IMG/VR virus record: IMGVR_UViG_3300027782_000030
Coordinates: 96,001-160,000 of that record
Length of the DNA: 64,000 nucleotides
Strand: one strand, 5' to 3'
Source: a virus
Lineage: Duplodnaviria; Caudoviricetes
The notes beneath the pieces are model-generated. The model was given only the letters and a program-made list of their open reading frames with translations, made no database searches and was not told the origin of the DNA. Position numbers and translations under genes: made by a program. This document shows, piece after piece, positions 1 to 15,000 of the stretch. The stretch's first letter is position 1. Each line of letters begins with the position of its first letter.

Positions 1-2
1 CT

Positions 3-3000
3 GCTGATAATAGTAGATTATTTAATAGTCAATTTTATTCATGGGATTCGTTTACAAATCTAGATAAAATTATTAATTTTAATCAATACTATTGGATTCC
101 TGAAGGTCCTGAGCAGGTTGTAGTATCATCAGACACAGTATTTGCTACTAATGATTATTTGGTAACTGATGTTGTAAATGGTTATAACATTATTCCTGTT
201 ACTTCAACTGAAGCAGGAACTACTAACCCAACATTAACATTATTAAGGGGAGGTACTTATACTTTTGCAGTAAATCAATCAGGTCAATTTTGGATTCAAG
301 GTGCACCTGGAGTAACTGGATATAGTCCTACCCAACCTAATTTACAAACCAGAGATGTATATGGGGTAGACAATAATGGTGCAACTATAGGAACGGTTAC
401 ATTTACAGTTCCTCCAAAAGATGCTCAAAATAATTATAATTTTCCTGGTAATAATTTAGTTGATGTAGTAAGTGATATTCCTTTCAATGAAGTTAACGGT
501 GCTAGAGTAAGTGATCTAGGTGGTATTGACGGTGTTACAGCATTGAACGGGTTAACCGTTATGTTTTATAACACTGGTATCACTAATGAGATTGGATTTA
601 CTTCAAACTTCTTTGACTATACTAATTATGATTATAATAATAATTTAGTAGCTACAGAAACAGTTGATGTAACTGCAACAGCATCAACTGGTAATTTAAT
701 TACATGTGATTCAACAAGCAATTTAGTTGTAGGAAATTCTATAGTATTCTCAGGAGTTGGCTTTGGTGGATTATCTATCTATTCTGAAACTCTTCCTGAT
801 ACTTTATATTTCGTAGAAAGCATTACAAGTCCTACTGAATTTTCAGTGTCATTGACTGTTGGTGGAGCACAAGTAGTACTTTCAGATGATACCGGTACAT
901 TGGTAGGCACAACTAATCAGGGATTGTTAGAAGAAGGATTCTACACAACAGTTAATCAAAATTTTTATACTATTGAGTATATCGGAGATGTAGCGAATCC
1001 TATAATCAGATTAATACCTAGTTCATTGATACCTACTAATCAAAAAATAACAGCAAATTTTGGTACTCAGTGGATAAGCAGAGTTTTCTATAAAAATGAA
1101 TTTGGTATAATTAACATTGTTCCTTTTATAAGTGCACCACTAGATACTTTATATTATCAAGACGGAACTTCTGCTAATAAAGTTGGTATAATTCGTATCA
1201 TTGACAGTAATATTACAAATACACTAGATGTAGAAACAGACATATTAGGTCAGCTACAATTCACTGCAACAAATGGGGTAGTGTTTACTAATGGATTAAA
1301 AGTAGTATTTCAGGGTGATGTAATTCCTGCAAGTTATAAAACTGGCGCATATTATGTTGAGGGTGTTGGTAGTGGAATAGAATTAATACCAGTAAGCAAT
1401 TTAATATCACCTGATCCCTTTACAGCAAGTACCTATGTACCTTGGGACACTACAGCATGGGACATTGGCAATTGGGAAGGAACTTCATATATTCCCGTAA
1501 CTCCTGATTACATTACCATTGCAAGAAATAGTATTGACCTAAATGCTTGGTCAAGAAGTAATAGATGGTTTCATATTGATGTAATCAATGCTACTGCTGA
1601 ATATAACAATGATCCTACATTGTTTACTCTATATGCTACACCTGAAAACAAAGCAAAGCGTCCTATAATTGAGTTTTACCCTAACTTACGGTTATTCAAT
1701 ACTGGCACAGAAGGTAAAGATCCTATTGACTTTATTGATTTTAGAACTACCGACGCATTTTCACAAGTTGCAGGTCAAGAAAATTATTATCCTGATGTAA
1801 CCGCATATACTGGTTATGATGCAGTTATTGCTACCGTAGTGGCAGATACCACTACTGACATTGTTATTCCTATTGATAGTGTGCAGGGTACATTTGCAAT
1901 AGGACAATATGTTGCAGATTCTACAAACTTATTACCAACCAATTCATATATTACAGACATTGTAACCACAACTACTACTGTGACTTTAACTATAGAATGG
2001 ACATTTGCTACCTCCTTCACAGGTACTGCTGTAGCGTCGGTTATAAGCACTGATACTACTGTAGATAATTATGCATTGTTTGATGGTTCAAGAGTTGTAT
2101 TTGCAGTTGATACTGATGCTAATGTAAGAAATAAAATTTATGTATCTAGATTTTCATCTATAAATGGTTCTACTCCAGTTATTACTCTAACTGAAGCGAC
2201 TGATGGTGAAGTTCTAGTTAATCAAGGAACAGTTGTACTAAGAGGGTATGTCAATCAAGGTAATGATTTTTACTTTGATGGGATTGAATGGATAGAAGCC
2301 CAAGAAAAAATAACTGTAAATCAGCCCCCATTATTTAACGTATTTGATGAAAACGGTGTTAGTTTTGGTAATGCTGATTTATATGTTGGCACTTCTTTTA
2401 TAGGTAATAAATTATTTGCATACGGCATTGGTGCAGGTATAAATGATATTGTATTAGGATTTCCAATACGGTATAGTTCTGTAGACAATGTGGGTGACAT
2501 ATCATTTGATGTATCATTAAACTTAGATACATTTAACTATGTCCAAGGTAATGAACCTATTACACAACGGGTTAATACTGGATATGTCCATCAAGCAGTT
2601 AATAGAACAGAATATATAAGACAGATTGGTTGGCAAACTGCGGTATCACCTAGTATTCAATATCAGATATTTGAATTTGATTATGATGTTTTAAATCCTA
2701 CAACAACCTTTACTTGCGATATAGCAATGATGGATGTTGCTGACACGAATTGGCCTAATATTGAAGTTTATATTAATAATGTAATACAAGATAATACTAC
2801 CTATACCGTAACGGTAAATAGTAATTCTACAGTAGTAACTCTAAACGATACTATAATAGATAACACTGTAATACAAATATTATTATTAAGCAATCAAGTA
2901 AGCAAAACCGCTTATTATAGTATCCCGATCAACTTAAATAACAATCCATTCAATGAGGATATAACTGTAGCTAACGTTGGGGATATACGAGGGCAATACC

Positions 3001-6000
3001 AAAGTATATTTTTCAACAATCCAAATACTACAGGACCTGTGTTTGGATCAAATAATTTTAGAGATTTGGGTAATTTAGTTCCATGGGGCAATCGCATTAT
3101 TCAGAATAGTGCATCACTAGTATTACCTAGCGTATTTTTACGCAAACAAAATCATAGTTTGTTTAATTCGTTATTGTTTAATAATCGTGAATATATTAAA
3201 TTTAAAACTTTATTAGTAGATACAGTTAATAATACAGATTATGTTCAGCGTTATTCACCCTCAGAAATTTTAGATAATGCATTAGATCAAATAACTTTTA
3301 GCAAGACTGATAATCAACCGTTCTTTTGGAGCGATATGCTACCTAGTAAGGCAGCATATATTACTAATACATATACTTTTGCTAATAGCTTAGATGTAAG
3401 TATATACTCATTGAGTAGAATTTATGATTTTACTACAGCAAATTACTACGGAGTTTTAGTATACTTAACAAGAACCGTAGAAAATATTACTGCAACTAAA
3501 CAATTAATAATTAATCAGGATTATACTGTAAGTTCAGATTCTCCGTCGTTGACAATAACACTTGATTTATTACCCGGCGATATTATTACTATCAAGGAAT
3601 ACAATCAAACATATGGTTCATATGTACCCAATACACCAACTAAGTTAGGATTGTATCCTGCGTTTATTCCTGCCGTAGTACAAGATATTAACTATTCACA
3701 ACCTACATATTTTATATTGGGTCATGATGGTTCTTATAACAAATTATACGGTAATTATTTACCTAATGCAAATTTATTAGTAGATTTTAGAGATCAGGCA
3801 TTATTAGAATATGAGACCCGTGTTTACAACAACTTAAAATTAAGTAATGCAATACCTATTCAAGCGTATGAAGTATTACCTGGTTTCTTTAGAACCACAG
3901 ATTATTCTTTTGACGAATGGTTAGAAATTTATAGTGTGGGCTTTTTAAATTGGGTAGGACAAAATCGTTTAGATTATAAGCGTCAATTATTCCAAACCAA
4001 TAATGAATTTACCTATAATTACTGGCAAAGTGGTAATGCAATTAATAGAGAGGCTATCTATCAAGGATATTGGAGAGGTATATATCAATATTATTACGAT
4101 ACATCTACCCCAAATACTACACCATGGGAGATGTTAGGATTTGTCAATAAACCAAGTTGGTGGGAAACTAGATATGGTCCTGCGCCCTATACTAGCGATA
4201 ACTTAGTATTATGGACTGATTTATCAGAAGGTATTGATTGGAATGATGGGAACCCTGTTGTAATTCCTGCTGCTGTCAGACCTGAATTACTTCAAGTGAT
4301 TCCAGTAGATAGTTCAGGAGATTTATTATCTCCTCTAAGAAATATAGTTGGAAGTTACAATTCAAACATTTTCCAACGTGATTGGAAAGTAGGTGATGAT
4401 GCACCAGTTGAATTTAGTTATCGTAGAAGCAGTTCATATCCTTTTGATTTAATGCGTATATTAGCATTAACTAAGCCTGCTGAATTTTTCAACTTAGGTG
4501 TTGACCTAGACAACTATAAGTATAGCGAAGAGTTTGGTCAATATCTTGTTAATAATAGAAGTCATTTAGTAATAAGCAATGTTGAAATTTATGGTTCAGG
4601 TACTGCTAAAACTAGTTACATTAATTGGATTGTTGATTATGAAAAACAAGTTGGAGTAGATGCTACTGCTAATATTACCACACTATTAGACAACTTAGAT
4701 GTACGATTAGTGTATCGTCTTGCTGGATTTAGTGACAAGACCTTACTAAAATTTTATGTAGAGAAAGGTACTCCAAACAGCAGAAATGCTTCGCTATTAA
4801 TACCTGATGAAAGTTACAGTATATTATTGTATGACAATCAACCCTTTAATCGTGTAATATATAGTGGTGTAGTGGTACAAATAAACCAATACGGATTCTC
4901 AGTATTTGGAAATTCTCAAACACAAACTTATTTTAAAACATTAAAACCATATTATAATGGTAACTATGAACGCATTGCGGTAGACAATTTAACAGTTAAA
5001 GTTTCTCAAGACCACAGCGAAGTTGAAGTTATTGTGCCATATAATACCATATATGGAACTGTACAAGAGGTAGCAACATTTTTATCTAACTATGGCGCTT
5101 GGTTAAGAAACTTAGGACTAACCTTTGAGCAACAAGCAAATGAGTTAGAAATTAATTGGAATCAAATGATTGCTGAGTTTTTATATTGGGCTCAGACTGG
5201 GTGGGAAGAAGGAAGCATTGTTACTTTAAATCCTGCTGCAAGAACTATTGCGTTTAATAAAGATAGTAACATTGTACAACCATTAACTATTCAACAAACA
5301 AATTTTATTCTAAATCAAAATTTATATCCTATTCAGAATAGAGATTTAGCAATTATTCGTGAAGGAACTCTATTCACTGCTACAGCATTAAATGATGGGG
5401 ATGCTATTTCGTATGCTCAATTTAATATTAGTAATTTTGAACATGGTATAGTTTTTGACAATATAACTCTATTCAATGACATATTATATAACTTAGTCAC
5501 CGGGTTAAGACAAAACCGTATTACTTTACGAGGAACTAAGAGTGCAGATTGGAACGGCACAGTTGATGCTCAAGGATTTATCTATAATCAAGATAATATT
5601 AAAGAATGGAATAATACTGTTACCTATACTAAGGGCGAAATTGTATTATATAAAAACAAATATTGGGTAGCATTAAAAATAGTTCAACCAAAATTGGTAT
5701 TCGAAGAACTAGAATGGAAGCGTACAGATTACGATGAAATTCAAAAAGGATTATTACCTAATAGTAGTACAAGAAGTTATGAGAGTACTCTATACTATGA
5801 TGTAAACAAAGCTAATTTAGAAAATGATGCTGACCTCTTAAGTTTCTCATTGATCGGTTACCGCCCAAGAGACTATCTAGCACTTGCTGATTTAACTGAT
5901 ATTACACAAGTAAACGTTTATAAAAACCTAATTAAATCTAAAGGAACTCGCAACGCAACCAATGCATTTAAGGGAGCGAATCTTCCTCAAGGTGGCATAG

Positions 6001-9000
6001 ACTATGACATTTATGAAAATTGGGCTATTAAATCAGGTGAATTTGGTGGACTTTTAAATAATAATTTTGTCCAGTTTAAGATCAATCAAAATTACATGAC
6101 TGGAAATCCAAGTATAGTTGGACTTACAAATGGTGTATATAACGAAGGTGTACAACAAGAAGTTCCGCTATATTCATTGTTTAATTATGGTAGACCTATT
6201 ACTTCAGTAGATATACTACCTACTATATCAGCACAAGAACCATCTACCGTTTATCCTACAGCAGGATATGTTAACTTTAACGACGTTAAAATGTCATCTT
6301 ATTTCTATTCGCAGCTTCCTTTAGCAGTGGATAGTAATAATTTAGTAGTGCCATTATCACGCCTTTATGTTCGTGATTATGTGTGGATGGCAAATTATTT
6401 ACAGCGTTGGGAAGTATTTACACCCAAATCAATGGGCATCATTTTAAATGTAAGTAATAACTTAAACGATACAGCAACAGTTACATTTAAAACTCCTCAT
6501 AATTTAACAAGATTTGAGCCTTTTGCAATTGTTAATTTTTCTGATGCTGTTAATGGTTACTATATTAGCACTGTAGTAGTAGATCAATACAGAGTATTAA
6601 TTACTTTGACTTTGGATCCTTCTGTTACTAATATTACTGGTCAAGGCGTAGGATTTAGATTCCAATCACAACGAGTGGCTCAGCCTAGTAATATAGCAGA
6701 TTTACCTTTATTAGATTCTGAATTCTTTAAGAACACGGCATGGGTAGATGAGAACACAGATGGTGGTTGGGCAGTTTATAGAAAAGGTATAAATTATCAA
6801 TATCAATTAGAATTTACTAAATCTTCTTCTGATACATTTGGTAGTGCAGTAGCAACTGGTAGCCAATTAGGTTATCTAATTGGTGATGCTGATTTAGGAC
6901 AAGCTTACCGCTATACATTCAATGATTTAACACAGACTTATGCGTTAGTACAAACACTAAGTTCAGGTACTTCATTTGGATCTACTATTGCTTATAGCAG
7001 CGACATATATGTAATTTCTGAACCTACTACTTCACCATATATTCACATATATCAACTTCAAAATAGTACTCTATCTGATGATTTGATCGTATATCAAGCA
7101 GCGATTGCCGCACCTGGTGGCGTAACAAATTGGGGTAGTGCAGTAGCAATATCAGGTAATACAAATTGGATTTATGTTTCTGACATTGTTAATAACACCG
7201 TTCATGTATATAGAAAAGCAAACATTACTACTCCCGCTACCAATCTTACTGCGGGACAAACTTATATCATTACTGATGCAGGTACTACTGATTTTACTTT
7301 AGTCGGTGCTACATCAAGCGATGTGGGAACAGCATTTGTTGCTTCAGGAGTAGGTACTGGAACCGGTCTTGCAACAAAAAGCACTTATCAAAAAGTAACA
7401 TCTATAGACGGTGATGCATTGTCATTAACTGTAGCAGGAGATAATTTTGGTTACTCTTTAGCAACAGATTATTATGGTGATACTTTAATAATTGGCACAC
7501 CTAATAAAGATTACAGTGCTACTATTGATAATTGGGGATATGTATATGTGTTTGACCGCGCAGTACAAAATATACAAGTACAAACAAACAGTGTTCCATT
7601 AACACCACAAGTATTTAATTTAGCTTGGACTCCAACAACACTATCAAAAACATTGACTGCTACTAATAGTACTGGTAATTTATTGACATTAAACAGTGTT
7701 GCAGGTATTACCGTTAACGATCCGATAATCTTTACAGGGTCAGGCTTAGCAGGAACAGAAATTATTGCAGATGAAGTATATTATGTGCGTTCAATAGTCG
7801 GTAGTGATATTACTATTAAACTTGGTAGATTTACAACATCTGCCGTAACAGTAGCTACTGTTTCTTCTATTAGTGTTCCTACTACTGTACAAAACACTCC
7901 AATCTATGTTTCGGTAAATGGAACCTTAGTTGAAGACAGTGAATATGCTATTATTTCTAATACATTAATATATACTGGGCTATTAAGTGCAGGTGATATT
8001 ATTAATGTAAGTGGTCAAGATTTTACATTGATTCAAACTCTTACTACAGAAAACACTCCTAAAGTTGGTGTGCATTTTGGTAATAGCGTAGACACAACTA
8101 TATATGCAAGTGAAATTATTGCAGGCGCTCCATATGAATTAGTTACACAAATTAAAGAAGGTGCAGTTTATCGTTATACGAATGGTGGCGGTAAATATGG
8201 AATAATAATTGGTACAAGTGATGTTAATGTTACAACACCTAGAAATGTATTAATCAACGGCTTCTTAGTAACAGTTCCAACTGGCAATGCAACAACAGTA
8301 GCCAATGCAATTAATGCAGTTGCGATACCTAACATTGTTGCATCTGCCATCGATGGTAAACTAGTACTATCTTTAGTAGATAATAATTTAGCGCAAGTAA
8401 ATGAAAAGATATTATTAAGCGCAACTAATAGCGCAACTCTAGGTGAATTAGGTATAAACATCTTTACACAAACACAAACTGTAGAATGTCCTCATACTAA
8501 TAGTCGGACACAGTTTGGTACTGTAGTTAAATTTAATGAGTATGGCAGTTTTGTTGCTAGTGCTCCAGTTGGCACAAGATTTAGCGATACTACTTTTGAT
8601 TTTATAGATGATGAAAATCAAGACAATGACACCGTGTTTGATAACAACACCACTACTTGGATAGATACCTTCCCAAATGCAGGTGCGGTATACATGTTTG
8701 ATTATTTGGCTAATTATAACGAATCTCTATTAAATTGTGGTAAGTTTGTTTATGCACAAAGTGTCAATGGTCAAAATTTAGAATACGGTCTACAACCAAA
8801 TTACGGCACTGCTTTAGACTTTAATAACTACAGTGTAATTATAGGAACACCAGGATTTAGTCCTACTAATGGTCAAGCAATAGCATATACTAATACATCA
8901 AATCAAAAAGATTGGTCAGTATATAGAAGTTCTGCACCTGTAGTTGATATTAACGGTATCGCTAACATTCAATTGTTTAGCGCCCGAACAAACGAAACTC

Positions 9001-12000
9001 TGATTAACATGGATTATATTGATCCATTACAGGGCAAAATATTAGGTGCTGCTAGAGAAAATATTGATTATGTAGCCAACACAGACCCGGCTACTTATAA
9101 TAATGGTGAACTTGTTCCTAGTAATTTAGTATGGGGAGCAATACAGATTGGTCAAATTTGGTTTAACACAACCAATGTTCGTTATGTTAATTATCATCAA
9201 AACAATAATACATACAACAGTAAATATTGGGGTACCCTATTCCCTAACAGTGATGTTGCAGTATACACATGGATAACATCTGATACACTTCCTATCAACT
9301 ACATTGGTTCAGGTACTGTGTATGATCCAACCAAGTATTCTATACAATATGTAATTAATCCTTCAGGTGCTTTATCACCAATCTATTTCTATTGGGTCAG
9401 AGATACAGGCATCATAACACCTAATTTAGGAAAAACTCTAGCTGATAGTATTATTGCTGCTTATATAGCCAATCCTAGAAATTCAGGGATTAGTTATTTT
9501 GCACCATTACTACCTAGTGTATATGCACTGTACAATGTAGGCGATTATATCAATGCTAATGACTCAGTATTAAATATTGGATTTGGTACAGGAACAAGCG
9601 ATGATGTTGTTCATAATCAATACGATTTAATAAGAGTTAATTTTGCCGATGACTTTTTACCTGGATTACCTGATATCTATCTAGGTGAAACAGAACCCTA
9701 TTCATTGTATGCTAGATTATTAGACAGTTTATCAGGGACTGATGTATCAGGTCAAGTTGTTCCTGATCCATTCTTACCACTAGCAGTACAAACTGGTGTT
9801 CTTGTTAGACCTAGACAAAGTTTCTTTTATGATAGATTGGGTGCTGTTAAAAACTTTTTTGAATCATTAAATGAAATCGTAAAAGAATATCCATTTTTTG
9901 AAATTTCTGATGCTACATTTATATACGCTTCAGGTGAATTTTTTGATGCTACTAATTATTGGGAAACAATTAATTGGTGGGCACCTGGGTATAATGACAA
10001 TACCAAATCTACAATACAAGTTCCTATATATTCTGATTTAGCTACCTTATCAGTAACAGAAGGTACTATTGTAACAGTTGCAACCAATGGGTTAGGACTA
10101 TCTGAAACTTACATTTTTGCAAATAATGAATGGCTAAGAATTGGACTAACTAACGGTACAATCAAATTTAAGAGTTCTCTTTGGGATTATGCTGGAGCAA
10201 GAATAGGTTTTGGTGATAACTTTTTTGACACTAGTCCATATGATTATTATCCTAGCGAAGAGACCCGTTGGTTAGCAAGAGCATTAACTGAGCAATTACC
10301 TTCTGAATTATTAATATATAGAAATAAAATATTAATTCTTCTTTTTGAATATATTGTTAGTGAGACAATTGAAACTCAAAATTATCTGCCATGGTTAAAT
10401 AAAACATCATTTATAGATGTAGCACATACTATTAGAGAACTATTGCCTATTGAAGTTTTTCAAAGTGATAATCAAACCTTTTTAGAAGGGTATTTAAATG
10501 AAGTTAAACCCTATCATGTAGTAATTAAAGATTTCTTGTTTAAGTATACAGGTACTAATGTATATCAAGGCAATATTACGGACTTTGATGTACCTGCACA
10601 ATTTAATACTAGTATACAGCGTTGGGTATCCCCTCAATTAGTGTATAGCAATCCTAGTGATGTAAATCAATATTTACCAACTAGCCCTATATGGCAAGAA
10701 CCCGATTATATTAATTGGTTTCAAAATTATGGTGTAAGTTTGACTGGTCAAGACGGTGTACAAATAACAACATTAACTTCTTATTTGGCACTTAATTCTG
10801 CTGAAATGTCAGTTAACAATGCACAAGGGTTCCCAATCAATGGTGTAGTACAAATTGGTACTGAACAGATTGGATACTCTTCTGTAGATAGAAATCTAAG
10901 TGTTCTTACTGGATTGACTAGAGGAGTAAACGGCACACTGATCACTAATCATATTCCTGGAGAGTTAATTTATATTAATCTTCCGGCAGTATTGGTATTA
11001 GATGGTGGTAGAGGCTATACCGAGCCTCCTAAAGTTATAGCATATATTGATCCTTTATTATATCCTTTACCAACTGTACCTGCTGTATTAACCGCAGTAA
11101 TGAGTTTAGACTCAGTGTTGAGGGTCGATGTAGTCAATCCTGGACAAGGATATGCGGTATTACCTAAGATAATAATAGATCCTTCTACTGTAATTTCTTT
11201 CGCTAGCAGTGCAGTAAGTACAACATACAATACAATAATATTGTATGCGCCGTTATTGCAGACAGGGGATTTAGTACAGTATAAAGTTAGTGCTGGCGGG
11301 ACCCAAATTGGTGGTCTAGAAAACAATCAATGGTATTATGTTAATTTATTAGAGACTTCGCCTACAGTAGTTGTAGCATTATATTCTAATTATACTGACG
11401 CAACATATGATGTTAACCGTGTTAAATTGTTTAGTACAGGCACCGGTGACCAGTCATTAAGTTTAGGGGCAAAGGCATCAGCTATTTCTACTGCATTGCC
11501 TGTTAGAGAAAATAACATTACTCTAAGATTTGACAGAACAACTTATACTTCGCAAGTAATAGATTGGCAGGCTGGTCAATATTATGGCGCATATTATGCT
11601 GGGGAATATAATAATAGTGAATCAGTAGCTAGTTCGTCTATTAAGTTACAAAGTACTCAACCTCCAATAAGTTCTATTTTAGCCAGTGCTCAAGGAGCAG
11701 TTTTTGAAATTGAAAATGTACGCAATGACAGAGTAGTAACATATTCATCTTTTATTCGTCAGGTGGCAAGTACTCAAATATTAGATAATTCAATTACTCT
11801 TACCACATTTAGTAACAACCCATTGGATGTTAACGCATCAGGCTCTACCATTGGTTTCTATGTTGGAATGCCTATCAAATTCGCAGGAGCTGTAATAGGT
11901 GGACTTGTCAATGACACTGTATACTATGTCCATAGCATTATAGATGATACTAACTTTACAATATCAGAAAGTAGCACAGGTAGCCCCGTTAAGACGCTTT

Positions 12001-15000
12001 CAAATGGAACTGTCAGCGCAGCAGGATTAGAGTGTTATGTGGGTGAAGTGACTGATACAGCAATACTAACTGTTATTTATCCTGCTATAACCAATGTTAC
12101 CGCTACCCAAGCAGCAACCAATGCTCTTACTATTCCATTAAATGCAACTGGTACAGGCGGGACTATTGGATTTTATATTAATTTACCTGTATTTTTCACA
12201 GGTACAATGTTAGGTGGGGTAATAGAAAACCAAGTATACTACATTACTACTGTAATAAACAACCAGACATTTACAATGTCTGAAACAACTAATCCAATAA
12301 CATTAAACATTACTTCAACTGACGGCACATTTGATTATATCACTACAAGTGACGATACCTCTGTGCTATCAATCAATGAACCAATAATATTCAATACTAT
12401 GGTAGTTGTTGGAGTAGATGTATTAACGTTTGGTGGGCTAGTATCAGGAACTACATATTATGTTTCAGCCATTGTCAATGCTAGCACATTCCAAGTATCA
12501 GCAAGTATTAATGGCCCGTCATTGAATTTATCTACAGTGACCACGGCCACAACTACTAGTGCATTAATGACTAGTCAGAAAAATATTGTTCAACTAACTA
12601 CCGCTACAGGTAGTGATATGGTTATTAATATCAATTTACCAGTCAGCCCAGGTCAGGTAAATGGTCAACAATTTACCTTATATCAAACTTCAGAACAATA
12701 TATTGGACTAACTGGTACTGATGGATCGTTAATAAACAGAACTATAGGTGCTGTAATAGGTACAACCGATATTGTAGCATTAACAAGTCTTAGTGGCGGG
12801 ACTACCAATGTATACATTGGAATGCCATTAGAGATTTCTCAGAATATTGGATCACTAGTAACTGGTACAACATATTATGTAATTGATGTTGGAACTATAG
12901 AAATTGAATGTACTAGCACTTCGTCATCCACTGACGCAATAACTTGTGATACAACTGATTCATTATATGTAGATATGCCAATAATATTCACTGGTACAAG
13001 TTTGGGAGGAATCTCAATCAATGTTGAATACTATGTTCATACAATTGTAGATGGCACTCACTTTAAGATTACTGGTAGCCCGAATGACGCAGTTATTACT
13101 TTACAAAATAGTAACGGTACAATGATTGGTACAGGTGAACCTTATATTCAATTATCTACTACAATAGGTGGATCAGTTGAGCCAACAGGAGATTCACAAC
13201 AAGCCGCATCAATATCGGTTGCTAGCCCCGCAGTAATTACAGTAGCAGCAGCACCAGCAAATGGCACTAAGGTTGAATTCAGAAGCACTGGCGCATTGCC
13301 AACTGGGCTATTTGAAAATATAACCTATTATGTAATAAATTCAGCAGTGACTACATTTAATGTAGCGTATGTTCCTAGTGGAACAGCAATCAATACTACT
13401 GGGAGTGGTTCAGGCACCAACATTGTAATTGTCACTGATGAAGTGTTCATAGATCAAACTCCATTAGCTGTACCTGAATTTGATGTAAGTTATATTTTAG
13501 GTGGCTATAGAGCGGTCATATCTGATCCAGGACTAGGTTATGCTGTCAACAATACTATTACTATATTAGGTACAGATATAGGCGGAACTAGTCCATTAAA
13601 TGATCTAACAATTACAGTGGATGCGGTTAACGGTACAGGGGAAATAACCAATGTAGCCTGTAGTGGTACGGTAGCGGGAGTAACTGATAGTTATTACTTA
13701 CAAGTTATATCACCAAATGAATTAGCTGTATATTCTAATCCATTAATGACTGTACCGGTGAGTGGTATTAATTTCCCTTATATCGGAATCACATCAACTA
13801 CTGCTACTGGTACTAATTTAGGAACTGATATAATAACTGTAGATTCTACTACAGGCTTTTTAGTCAATGATCCTGTGGTATTTACAGGGAATGTAGTTGG
13901 TGGATTAGTACTAGGACAAACTTATTATATTTTAGACAATGTAAATTTCACATCTACTACACTTCAAGTAAGCGAAACTCCAGCTGGTTCAGTATTTAAT
14001 ATAACAGCAACCACTTCAGTACAAAGTTTCACAATGGCTAAGGTAGGAGATTTTGCTTTATTACCTGAACCTTTCAACTTTAATCAAAGCATTGTTAAGT
14101 TTAATAACCGAGTGTATGTTTGTGTTGTTAGCAACAATGACCAAGAATTTATTTTTGGTAAATGGGAACTATTAACTAGCGGAGATCGCAGGTTAAATGC
14201 ATTAGACAGAATCATTGGATACTATCAACCTACGATAAACATGCCCGGGGTAGACCTTACTCAATTGGTAGATGGTATTATATATCCTAATAGTACATAT
14301 TTAGGTAATGCGTTTCAGCCCGATCAACAGTTTGAGATAGATACTTATTTACAAGATCAACCATTTTACCCTACTGAGGTACAATCAAAATCTGTAGTTT
14401 GGAATGGAACTAATTATTTTGTAGTAGCCGATACTTCTTCTTATTCTACTATATTATACAGCCCAACAGGAGATGATTGGGTATTTAATAAAGTATCTGA
14501 TTCTAATCTAGCAACTACTGATTTAAATTATGTAAATGGGAAGTACTTGATTACAACTAACAACCCAGCTACACCTATATTATTAAGTATTGATGGGGTT
14601 GAATGGACTGCTTCAGAAAGCTATGTTAGTCTTGGTGAAGTTACCGCAACCCCAATCGCAGATGGTCAATTAGTATTAAATTCTATAAACTACTTTAATG
14701 GTGTTTATATAGCAGTTGGACAAAATATCAACACAAGCATTGATGGTGTAACATGGAGAGAAAGATTTAAATTTACAAACGGCTTAACTAACGAATTATA
14801 CTCAGTGTTTGGAACAACTATTGCATTATCTGCTCCATACATTGCTGTTGGTAAAGGTCAGTTTATAGACTATTCAACTGGACTACAAACAGTTAGTAAT
14901 ATCAATCTAGTATATACATCTTATGACAGCATAAATTGGAATCAAGCTACTCCAGTAACTAATAAAGGTTTCTATGGTATTACATATGACACTAATATTT